A stretch of DNA of 62,583 nt, the filler included, from Choristocarpus tenellus KU-1152 (Eukaryota > Protista > Phaeophyceae): the NCBI GenBank assembly GCA_964200185.2. It is 8 parts of 8 records of this genome, joined end to end, with 100 filler letters (N's around TTAATTAATTAA, not from the genome) between each part and the next. Parts side by side here need not be neighbours in the genome. Positions count along the whole stretch, not along the records: positions 36,679 to 44,689 come from CAXNAD020005272.1; positions 44,790 to 47,840 come from CAXNAD020022672.1; 6 more parts are not named here. One strand, 5' to 3'. Positions 36,740 to 47,940 of this stretch are shown one piece after another. Both the position numbers and the translations under genes were made by a program. The notes below the pieces were generated by a model. It saw only the letters and a list, made by a program, of their open reading frames with translations, ran no database searches and was not told the DNA's origin. Position 1 is the stretch's first letter, and every line of letters starts with the position of its first letter.

Positions 36740-37400
36740 TGGCCCACCTTGTCCGCCCGTGACATGCGAATAGTTGGCACTCCACCAACGAAGCTGGTAC
36801 TGAACACCTCGAAGTCTTCAACGACGAAGACGATCTCATCGCCAGCACTGAACATCCCTCCATAGCTGGACAGTGAACGGCAAGAACTCTAGCCCATTGC
36901 ACTCTGATGGCTGCGTTCGCAGAACTTATATGTTCCCTGCCTCAAGCTGTCCCTTCTCCCTCGACAGCTGACTCCTTAAATACATATCGCCTATTCCAGT
37001 CTCCGTGGAAAATCCGAAGTCTATCTCCTTCAGCAGGGGCACGTGAGTTTGTTGCCACTAACAGTTGACAACGTTGCCGATCGAACACATGGTGCAGTAG
37101 CACGACATCTCCGTATATAACAATGTACAGGAGTCTCCGTTGGTGTGTCGACCAGTGAAAAACCTGTGCATGGACTTTATGCCACTCAAGTTTGGGACAC
37201 ATGGGTCATGTCATCCTGAGCGGTCTATATCCTGTAAGCTGGAAGATGAACTACCTCCAGGGTTCTGAACGTGTCGTTCTGTAGAAGTTTTGCAAATGCG
37301 TTGCTGTGGAGTCTGCCCTCCCTATCTGTCCAAGTCTGAGGGGTATGGTGTGAGTGTATGTATGGAAGGGATGGTGTAAGTCGGAATATATTTGTGTTAA

Positions 37401-37659
37401 GAGTGAAAGTATCTTAGAGGGTACGAGTTTTGCCCTGTTTGTCCATTTCGGGCTTGGCTTCCCATGGGTTCTCTTATGACATTTTCCTACTCCGAAATGT
37501 TTCGAAGTGGGGAGAGTGTATACGTCATGAAAAGTTGTGTCCAGAACATGGATATTGACACTTTCTAACGAACACGATAGCCAAAATTACATCAAAATTG
37601 CAACATTGGATTTTGGCCCCCAAATGGACGCGGCTCTACCCTCTAAGATACTTTGGCTC
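37401..37659 (+). mobile_element. MITE family A (near-consensus copy)
   Basis: GAGTGAAAGTATCTTAGAGGGTA / TACCCTCTAAGATACTTTGGCTC; TSD TTAA. Confidence 0.95.
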
Positions 37660-38611
37660 TTAAGCAGTGTGTAATTAGGGGTTCTCAGATGCGACCACAC
37701 GACTTGTTCTCCCCAGGGTTTAGGCAAGCAATCGTAGTAAGAAGCGTTTCAAATTTAGCGGGGGTGTATGCTGTGAATATAAAACGAATATTTCATCCAT
37801 TTGCGTGTATGCGTCGCTCGGCAAATACGCTTATAATTGAATGTGATGGGTGGTGTGTGAATGGACATATTGCAATTGCTGCAGAATTGCATACAAACAA
37901 GATTCGTGTATCCTGTATATTTTGTTCATGCAAGGACAGGCATGATCGATACGGAATTAGGCCATTAGATCAGCAGCGCTCCGGAGTGCAATATTTATTT
38001 CTTCAGAGCCATATCCTTTGCCCTTGTCACAGAAGTCACATGTGCATGCGCAAGTCCATTGTCCATCATCACCAATGCTTATTCTCGAGTGTACTTTGTT
38101 CCAGTTCTCTCTGAGGCACTGAACCTGAAGGTCACTGGTCATGTGGTGGATGCAAACACACGACCTGTACGGTTTGCGGGATAGGAGCGAGGGAGACGGC
38201 GTGCGTTTGGGGCAGGTGGCGGATGTGTGAGAGTATGGGAGTGTATAGATTGCAGCGATATACAGCATCACAGACTCTTATCGGGATCCTGCATCATACG
38301 TCCCTACTAGTCCTCCTTTGACTCTTTCCATACCACCTTGGCATTGCCTTTGTAATGTAGAACGGTCTCCATTTCACGAATGTTGACAGACAGGGTACTG
38401 GTCCTGACATCTCCTCGAGTTCGAATCTCTCCCTGAAGTTCGCATGGACATTCTCATCTGTCTCAATCTGTATCCTGTTATGACGTGGGTTACATAGTTT
38501 GTCATGCAATTTTTAAACACATGATAAAATATATTTTTGAGAAGGAAGATGTAATGGTGATGCATAACCATGTGTCAATGGCGAATGTTCAGCGCTTGTG
38601 TAGTGATGCGA

Positions 38612-38868
38612 GAGTGTAAGTATCTTAGAGGATACGAGTTTTTTTCTTTGTTTGTCCTTTTGAGGCTTAACTGACAACATGTATTAAATGACATTAGACC
38701 TACCCCAAGAGGAGTACGTAATATGTATACGTTATGAAAAATAGTGTCCGAAACAAGGATGTTGACATCTCCTAACAAAAATGACAGCCAAGATTACAGA
38801 AAAATCCCAACATTGAATTTTGGACCCCCCGAGTGGATGTGCCTCTACCCTCTAAGACACTTTGTCTC
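38612..38868 (+). mobile_element. MITE family A
   Basis: Full TIRs; TSD GCGA. Confidence 0.9.
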
Positions 38869-40260
38869 GCGACTCATTCGCGTGCAATACCTCTGAGGGT
38901 CGTGTTGACACAGTGCATCCGGGTGACACACCCTCTTGTTGGTATCTGGGTCCGAATGGTGTATTCCAGCGGTTGAGTCATGAGACGTGATCGGATCGTG
39001 TGGCATGGCGGTGCTATTGCTCTCCCAGATGGTTATACCAAGGACATGTGTTCCAGGGTGCCGCACGTCGAACTGTTGCGAGGAGCTGTCCCTTGCCATG
39101 TCGAATACCCTTGCCCTATTCTTTTTACTCCTGGAAATAATGGAACATGTGGAATAGGCGTTAGTAGTTACACACTGTGAGACCTAGGAACTCGTAAAAA
39201 TTGTTAAGCGTGACTTTGTAAGGGTAAATAATTGGCTTAGGTACAGCGTGGGTTTTCCCCCTTGATGCTGTCCTGTGCAGCACATACTGTTGACCGCCTG
39301 TGAGTACATACTTTCGTACCTGTGGGTGACGCTTGGCGTAGAGGACAACACAGCGTAGGTGCCAGACATGACAGACCATCCTCTGGCGTCATGTGAAGGC
39401 GCGGCATTGTGATGCTTCTGTTGTTCTATATCACGTATGAATTCCGCGCGTTTCGTTGCGGAAGAACTGAGCGTTTCGACCTTGATGTTGTACATTTTTA
39501 CTGTGTCAGAGAGATGAGGGTGAAAGGTTGAGCTCACCGCATCTTCATGTACCTCAACATCAGGAGCAATGCCCACCAGGATGGAGTTGTATACTTGACG
39601 AGTATAGTCTGTGCTAAGATCTTGCTTGAGATATTCTAGGAAGGTCTTGACCTGAGGATCGGGTGTAGAATCATGTTCTTCCTGAGCCAGCACTAGTCGT
39701 AGGGCGCTTGCCGACGGCACGAACTTCGTTCTCTTGTCCAAGAACCAAGAGGCCAGATCATTCCATGTGTATCCACCCCGTCCGCCCTCGTGTTGACCGT
39801 TATGGTCGACAAGCATGGAGAGGAACAGGTCCATGATCTGGTCAGTCCTATATTTCTTGTGGGATCGAAGGGTACGGGTCTTGGGCGGTGTCTTGAATGT
39901 CCGCCTCCTGAGGGGGAACGAAGATAGGATACTGTGTGGGTTGTGGGACTTTGTTTCCCTCTACATTTGAGTTGTAGATTGAAGATACGAACATGGAGAA
40001 CGTTGCCGCGTTCTTCAGTCGAGGGGGGGCTTAGAAAACATGCTCACGGTGTATAGGATGGTCCAGGGTAAGGTTGGGTGGTACCGAACACCTGTGAGAA
40101 TTGTTATGTTGGAAAGTCAGAGACTGCGCCGACTTTTTATGCCTTTGCTTGTCTATCTTTGAAACATGAGCATCGAGGATTTAGGTTCGATGCAGTGGAC
40201 ATGGAAAACATTTAGAAAGTTTTCTGTAAGCCATGAAAATGACAAATATTTACGTGTTTC

Positions 40261-40717
40261 TGCCGTACGACAGAAGATAGGTGTTGTTGCTTTCTCGGCT
40301 CATGAAGGATGAACGTCTGATGGAAGAGTGTAACTCCAAAAATGTGAACGTGAACATGGACTAAATTTGGTGTCCTTTGTCATATTATGGCAAAAGATTT
40401 TTAAAAGTGTAATAGTATTTCATTTAAGAAGCTGGATGTATGTCTTGTGACTGACTTGGTGTGTGAAGGGCTAGGACAAAAACAAGACGAGTTGACGTAT
40501 TATGTCGTACGACAGAAGACAGGTTGTTGCTGCTTTCTCGTCTCATGAAGGACGAACGTCTTATGGAGGAGTGTACCTCCAAAAATATGAACGTGAACAT
40601 GGACTAAATTTGGTGTCCTTTTTGTCGTACGGCAAAAGATTTTTTTAAGTGTAGTAGTATTTCATTTAAGAAGCTGGATGTATGTCTTGTGACTGAATTG
40701 GTGTATGAAGGGCTAGG
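40261..40717 (+). repeat. Tandem duplication, period ~242 bp
   Basis: CGTACGACAGAAGA...GAAGGGCTAGG occurs twice at high identity, between the two divergent TE genes. Confidence 0.9.
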
Positions 40718-41639
40718 GCCAGTCAAGGTTGTAATGGAAGGGCTTTGAAGAGTTGGGGTTAGGGTTAGGGTTAGGTTAAGGGTCAGGGTATTTGGAGGTA
40801 TCGAAAAGTATCGGAAATTGTGTATCGGATATAATGTTCAACGTGGAGAGGGGTTTGTCGTGACGTTCAATGCTGTCGGTTAGACTGTTTTATTCGTATT
40901 TGGAAGATCCTAGGAACGTTCATCCCTCACTGTCATATTTAGGATACGCTTGGACTATATTTGACGTATGTCTAATGGCGATGGTGGCCTGCGCTTACCT
41001 TTGGGGTGGCGCCAACCTAGCCCTCTGGAGTCCACGAGTCCATTTCCCGTGTTACCCAGTTCCCCCAGTGCCTGTCTGGTGTCCATCCCACCTGTGTCGT
41101 GCGGTCGTGAGCGTCCTCTCCTTCAGTTCCCAACCCTGGACACTCCTACGCACACAGATTACTATTGCGCAACCTTCTCCACTTTTCACCTGTGACACCG
41201 ACATCGCGCACCTAAGCCGAAGCATAGAAATTTGCCATCCAAGTCACACCTCACCATTTCAGACCAGTCATCCTACAAATCTCTTTGGTCCCATTACCGA
41301 TGTCCAATAACTTCGTACCTTTGAATTACGTCCCCTACAACAGTGCGCTTGAATATCCACTCCTAACAAAACTAGGACATGTACCAGAAAACTATAAGCA
41401 CGCCATTATGGGTCCGTGTCACACTAACGCCTAACCCCTCCCACTATTGCTGTCCACTGAACCTCCTGTCGCAGAGTTCACAAAAGTAACAACCATCATG
41501 GTCACGCCATTTGGGAACGTCTAGGCCGTTCATGACCTAGACGACAAGCTAAGTGAAAAGACACGTGTCGACCATGAAAACGCGGTTGCTAACCTACAAA
41601 CCCAGAGGGGAGGCAATGTTATTACGTGCACCGTCCTGG

Positions 41640-43025
41640 GAAATAATCATGACCCGGATCGACTCCAACTCCTGGTCAATAATCTCTCTGAGTTGTGCAA
41701 TTTTGCACTCTCAAATAGCGCTGAAGGCCGGTCTAGTACTGGTGTCTCGTCATCTTCTGAGGAGGATGACGATACAGGCGTGGGGGAAGTGCCAAGTGCA
41801 CCATCAGAGTCTATCACTGGTGGGAATGTTTCTGGAAGATACACAATCATCGATGCGGTGGGTACAAGTGGGGAGGAGTCTGTCCAAGCTGCCCTAACAA
41901 GTGCAAGAGACATAGGTGACGACTTTAGGGGGGGGAATGAAAGCTCCATCCGTTCTTCAACAACTGATCTTTCCAGTAAGAGGAAATCAGACGGTTCTTC
42001 TACTCGCAGAGACGACCCTTCGGCCAAGAAAGCAAAAGTTTGCAAGACCTCGACCTCTGTCGACAAGAAGAAGAATAAGAAGAACAAGGACAAGACTTAG
42101 AAGAAGTCCGCAGTGGTCATTGAAGGGGTCAGACCTGTGGAGAAGTCTGGTGGTGGAAGTGACAGGCCGGAAGGATTGCCAAGTTGCGGGGACGAGTCTC
42201 TCCACTCCACACTTACAGATGGAAGGGACAAGGATGACGCCAGTGGGGGGGGTAGTGGAAGCTCCACCCATGCTACACCAACTACTGTGGCAACCAAGAG
42301 GATATCAGGTTCTTCTCGCATAGACGGGCCTTCTTCTAAAAAGCAAAAGTTGGCAAGACCTTGACCTCTGCAAAGAAGAAGTCCATAGTAGTTCTTGAAG
42401 GGGTGACACCTATAGAGAAGCTTTGTGGAAAAAGAACAGGCAGGACGGACAGCCAACTTCTTTCCTGACCAACATTTTTGCTTCTGCTCGCCCGAGGGTG
42501 GAGGCTAACCCAGCCTCGACGGACAATCCTGCGGATCAGAGAGATCTACGTGTGACAGAGGGAGTAGGTGATGCACTCCAGGAGGAAGAGGGGAACCGTT
42601 CCACAGGTGGTGGTGACCACTGCACCAGACCACAATCGGTCCACTCCGGAGGTCCAATCGTAGAGGGCATAACGGAAGGTTTCATGGAAGCCTGTGTGAC
42701 AGAACTCCTACTACATTCGGCGACCAAGCCGACGTCTGCCCAGTACTGGGTACAAACGCAGATCCTCAGGCAGGTCATACATGATCACGGGTTTCGACAA
42801 ATGAAGGCCAGCAGGGAGGCCAAGAATATTGTACAGGGAGATAACTGCTACATACATGAGGAAATCCTCAATACGCTGGATGGTGGTGTCGGGAAATTGA
42901 AGAGGACTTTGCGTGTGGAGGATCTTGAAGCCCTTCGTGCTAAGAGGGCCATTTTCAAAGCCTCGTTAAGGCAGAAAAATGGAACGTCAAATATTCCACT
43001 ATGCTTAACTTGTGGCACCGACTGA
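41640..43025 (+). pseudogene. Transposon accessory ORF2 (acidic/Ser-rich, Lys-rich repeats, terminal CxxC)
   Basis: ORFs 41693-42100 and 42113-42364 are in the same frame separated by one TAG, then a frameshift leads to 42423-43025 ending PLCLTCGTD. Confidence 0.5.
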
Positions 43026-43966
43026 CTGCGGCCTACCCCAAACTCGTAGACTGGTGGGAGAAGGGCGATGAATGCCGATACCAACATGCCCATGAGTTGA
43101 AGTATAGTCTTCATCGTTTCCCATTGAGCTTGTAGTATGGGTAGTTTTTAGTTTTGTTCAGTTAGGGCCTAAAGGTTTTTGGATGGCCTCCAACTCCTGT
43201 GTGTTCATGTGGATTGGATCTGACAGCTTATTCCTTTTCACAGTGGTGCTGGATCTTTGTTTTTCATGTGGAGCAGTCAGATGTGTTAGTTCACATGAGA
43301 TAAGATACTTGAGATTATTGTCTATGTGACTAAAGTAAAGTATATCAAAGTCAATGCAAGCACTGTCAAAATATAACATTTTTTAACCCACTCTTTTCAA
43401 TCCATTTCGACAAGTTTCCAAGCACTTTTTGACAATGCATGCCTTCGACACCTTCCCTTATCAACGGCTACTTATTATTCTCAATTTCGTAAACCAAACT
43501 CACCATACTAACCTTCCTGCAATTACCAAACCTAATACCAAACCTCAACTTATCCACAACTCTGTTTATACGAGCTCTTCTTCAAATGATACTGGCAACT
43601 ACATCTAACCATGTCGTAAACCCAGGGCTCCAGCTAAATATCGGATTCACTATCCCAACCCGAAGGTCACAAAGCAATCACAGCGTGTACATATACTAAC
43701 CTTGCTACCACAACCACTAGTGGTAATACGTGAATATGTCTTCTCACCAAATCCACTCTTTACACCACAATGTGGACATTGGTCGATTTCTACCCCAATC
43801 CTAAGCGCGATTCCTAAACCTAACCTCAAACTCCTACTTACACTGTATATAATCATTTTTGTTATAAAACCATTACACAAACTGCGATCACATTGCAAGC
43901 AACAAACACGAACCTTAATAATGTCCAATTTCCGTCCCTTTCACACGTACGACCTTCATCATGCTA

Positions 43967-44008
43967 GCCTAAGCCTAAGCCTAAGCCTAAGCCTAAGCCT
44001 AAGCCTAA
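43967..44008 (+). repeat. (GCCTAA)7 telomere-variant microsatellite
   Basis: Seven perfect units (TTAGGC on minus). Confidence 0.95.
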
Positions 44009-44453
44009 TTATTAATAAATATCCAACACAAAAGTAACCTTAAATTAAAATATGGTGCATTTTTAGCGTTGTTCATGAAAATGCAAATCTTAGCACAAAA
44101 ATAACCCAAAACAAAAAATAGTGTGTTACTGCTTTCGAGCCCTAATGTTACCTAAGCCTAACGCCTAACCGTAACCCCAACCCAAAATACATAGTATATA
44201 TACATTTTGCGCTGTTCATCAGCACCCAAGTCTGAACACAAACTAACCCAAAATAAACACATTATGTATTTTAGCGTCATGGAGTATTCTTAGCGCTGTT
44301 CACGACAACGCAGCAGCAACAGAACATAACCACCAGCCCTTTTTGAAAACATTGAAAATCCGACACATGCAAGCAAATCATCCAAAAATCGCCTTTTTGA
44401 AAAAAAGGCACAAAACGGACGCTCGACCCCCCCCCCCCCAGATACTTTGGCCC

Positions 44454-44640
44454 TGTGAGTAAGTGGTGTGAAACTTCCAGTCCTGTCAAAGGCGTAAGAC
44501 CTCGCACACTTTCACCCCATTACCGACAGGACATATGCCTGTCACACGTCCATTTCAACGACTTGCTATTGATCTAGTTAAATATAAGACCACGTCAGTC
44601 GGTGCAAAATACGTACTATCTGTTCGTAGATAGTGCTGCT
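44454..44640 (+). mobile_element. Ty3/Gypsy integrase fragment
   Basis: VSKWC...CQRRKTSHTFTPLPTGHMPVTRPFQRLAIDLVKYKTTSVGAKYVLSV. Confidence 0.75.
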
Positions 44641-44902
44641 GATACACTATAGACACCATCGGTGGAGTAGATTAGGAAATGCAGACACCNNNNNNNNNNN
44701 NNNNNNNNNNNNNNNNNNNNNNNNNNNNNNNNNTTAATTAATTAANNNNNNNNNNNNNNNNNNNNNNNNNNNNNNNNNNNNNNNNNNNNCCAAGTGCAAA
44801 AACAGTTGCAAAAAAAAACTTTCGGTACTTTTTCAAGACCGTTTTCGCAGAACAACCATCCTCATAGCCCCGCTCCATCCTCAATTTTTAAAATCCACTG
44901 TT

Positions 44903-47525
44903 ATGTGGAGATTCCTGTCCACAGTGAAAGGGCTACCATCCTCTGTAGTGCAAGGGATGCCCATCCCCTTGCATAATTGGCTAAGACGTTTGACCATGGG
45001 GGAGTGTTGTCGAACCTTTCCCCCTGCCCTGGGGCAGGTGCGGGCATGTCTGGTAATCGACATTTTGCCTCCTGCACCCTGCCACTGGGTCTATCTATAG
45101 TGTTTTCACGTTTGTGATATTTTATTTATTTAGGGCTTATACTGACGTACGTATAGTTTTCATTTGTTTTCCCCCTGACACATCTGCAAAACGTGAGAGG
45201 GCATAATAATAAATAAAAAGGTGTCACAATCTAAACTGGCTTTTCTATATACTGATTCTTTTGAACTGGCTTTTTCTAGTAGTTCCCATCCTATTTGAAC
45301 TCTCTTACATTCCCCCGACGCTCTGGTTGTAGATAGATATTGCAGGGGACCCACCAGATAACCTCAAGTTGGACTAGTTGTGCTTAGAGATGTGGGCTCG
45401 CACAGTGAAACTGGCGACAGGAGTAATCACAGGAGAACGAACAAGCCTCAGTCGAGCTATTACACTGGGTGAGATATATTATACTGGGTGAGATATAGTA
45501 CTATATACCTATAAGATGCCTTTGCGATTGGGAGTGTGTCATAGAGTGGGGGGCATACAATTTCTAATTATAAAGGACCTCGTAATCTTCTCAGTTTTGT
45601 ACCTTTCTTCGACCTCCGTCGCTGACTTGCCCGGGTCGACAGTGGAGTCCCATCGCCTCGACCATCGTCACCAGGCGGAGTTATTGTTGGATCACGTCCT
45701 GTCGAGGAGACGAAAGGAACGATCACCGTCCGCTTCTCTTCCGACTTTGGGGATGCGAGTGGGGGTCGCGGGGCCGCCGGGAGCTGGAAAGTCCACCTTC
45801 ATCGAGGTATTGTGCAGGGAATGGAGAGTTGCAAACTTTCGCGGGGTGGAAATACAACATACTGGTGGTTGTTAGTGGTAGTTCGACATAGTTACTTTTT
45901 CACCGTGGCTCTCTGGAACGCTCTCCTGTTGTCGCTGTTCAACTCTGATTCGCTAGTTTTTTATATCCTTCTTATCCCTGCCATACCCCATCGAAGGCCT
46001 TGGGCACTAGGCTTACCTCAGACGGCAAGAATGTAGCGGTAATAACCATTGATCCTTCAAGTGTACGAACTGGAGGTTCCATCTTAGGGGACAAGACGAG
46101 AATGGAGCAGCTATCGCGGGATCCGAGGTGAGGGTCTTATCAATTCATGTCCTGTTGGTCATTCTCTTAGACTGACCTTGATATGAGGACTGTGAGCCAC
46201 CTTGAATTCATCACACTTTCTATTGAAATGTTGTAAGGTCGAGGTGCAGGAAAGTTTAGAGAGGCTGGTTGTACGAAATGTGCATTTCTTTTTTTGGCAT
46301 GGAACTCTGGTGTATATGGTCAAGTCAAAGGGTGTCGAACAGCAAAAAGATTGGGTGAATTATACTGAATCTGCTTTTAGACCTGCTTGTGCAAGGCAGT
46401 GACAGCCAGGACCTGAAGCACCAATGTACGCGAGCGGAGGAAGTTTAGCATATATTTCGTAGAAGTGTTGACCCATGCAGATTTCCCTATTTGGAGAGAC
46501 TTCTTTGATACTATATCTCCAGGCGCTATTATGATGCATCTGGAAAACACAAGAGCTATTCCTTGGATATTCGTTGATGATACCCTCCACTGCACTTATC
46601 GCAACTCCATTTTTTGAAGAGTTTCCATTTTGAAGGGTTTCCATGCACGAACACAGATACACACATGTTCATGCGCCCTGAGCTATGCACCAAATTCAAG
46701 TAGGCACCAAACCTAATTATTCTAGAGCAACATATTCACTTTTCATACAAATATGCCCACAAATATCAACAATGCTCCACTACTCAACACCAACAAGCAG
46801 GGCCTTCATCAGGGCATGCCCTGCACGAGGGATCCTTGGGGGGCTAGCCAGATACACCCATGACGTGGTACTGCTCTGTCAAGTGGCAGGTTATGACCCT
46901 GTGATTGTGGAAACAGTGGGACTTGGTCAGAGTGAGGTCAGCAGGTGGGGTCAGATGCTGGGTCACTACTGTAGGTGGATGAAAAGAGGTATAATAACCC
47001 ATTAGGGCACACTGATGTATCCTTGGGTGGAGAGTAGTAGTTAGGGTAATAGAAGGAGGGCATGCAGTTCAAAGCCAGCATGCTCTACCATCCATTGGAT
47101 GCTCATTTTTTTCATTATTGTGTTGCAGGGGATCGGTCTAGTTTGTGAGGAGTGTTTTGTTCAAGTTTGCAATGTGACTGGAAACATTTGATTTGATTGT
47201 ACCAGTGCATGTTTGAATACTCATTTTTTTTATGTTGACTGGAGCTGTAGAGCTCTAGGTACAAGGCATTATGCACCCTATATGCAATACTACTGCTTGA
47301 CTTCACACCTGAAAATATCATATATCACATATATACATATAATGTGCGAGGTTACTGCTGTAGCACTATGTGGGATTTTGATTCATTGTGCTAAGGTTAT
47401 GATGGGTTATTTGTGGGTATTCTCATACATCTCCAACCTGTTACTAAATTTCAAGGTGGAGGTGGAGCAGACAGTGGACATGCTACTGCTCCTGCTCCCA
47501 CCAGCTGGGGGTGACAGCCTGCAAG
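44903..47525 (+). CDS. MMAA: Methylmalonyl-CoA mutase-associated GTPase MeaB/MMAA (partial)
   Basis: Exons ~45378/45388-45468 ([19 protein letters not shown]), 45643-45806 (VESHR...[18 protein letters not shown]-loop), 45997-46127 ([30 protein letters not shown]), 46801-46936 ([16 protein letters not shown]...[11 protein letters not shown]), 47456-47525 ([17 protein letters not shown]). Putative first exon 44903-45037 (MWRFLSTVK..., transit-peptide-like) is less certain. 3' exons not found. Confidence 0.92.
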
Positions 47526-47679
47526 GTGTTGTATTCACTCTATTATAGCACTTGCATCTGTGTTTAATGAATGGGTAGGGCAGTGGATTTTTCTAGTGAA
47601 TCATAATGACGAAAGAGTAGAGTCCTTCTACTCACCTGTCAGGACGGGTCTTTTTTACTGCTTGGTGGAATCAGTCATA

Positions 47680-47840
47680 GACCCAAAGTATCTGGGAGGG
47701 GGGAAGGGGTCTGCACTAGGGTGTCCATTTGCCCCCAAAGCAGGAAAGGTGCATTTACATTATCCGTCCAATGTATGCAACCAAATCACCCAAAAATTGC
47801 GACATGAAAAAATTGACCCCAAATGGACAGCCGCCACCCC
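47680..47840 (+). mobile_element. MITE family B, running into a gap
   Basis: Starts GACCCAAAGTATCTGGGAGGGGGG; internal GTCCATTTG and CCCCAAATGGAC. Confidence 0.8.
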
Positions 47841-47940
47841 NNNNNNNNNNNNNNNNNNNNNNNNNNNNNNNNNNNNNNNNNNNNTTAATTAATTAANNNN
47901 NNNNNNNNNNNNNNNNNNNNNNNNNNNNNNNNNNNNNNNN

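Larger units (their letters stand above)
36740..40040 (-). pseudogene. Sola2-like DNA transposase, spliced, internally deleted
   Basis: Minus-strand ORF 39184-39834, then TRSDHVS...QEGVSPG (~38930-39000), VHANFRERF...LSTFVKWRPFYI (38294-38509), RSCVCIHH (~38140-38165), CACTCDFC, CMQFCSNC, and C-terminal LSGIKSMHRF...EMSCYCTMC...C (~37065-37190). These resemble Sola2 signatures as recalled (SKFxxLRP, CxCxxH, GTxKxH, LSCxCxxC). Catalytic core not found. Confidence 0.6.
36740..44453 (-). mobile_element. Large decayed Sola2-like transposon with two divergent genes
   Basis: Transposase remnant (minus), second ORF (plus), subterminal repeats 43950-44400 and TIR CCCCCAGATACTTTGGCCC ending at 44453, where it abuts a Gypsy integrase fragment. 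Confidence 0.6.

Noticed and set aside
37401-37659. MITE-A as an Introner, piggyBac or Harbinger element
   Set aside because: No consistent GT...AG at the boundaries and no exonic insertions; TTAA and TNA occur at only some sites.
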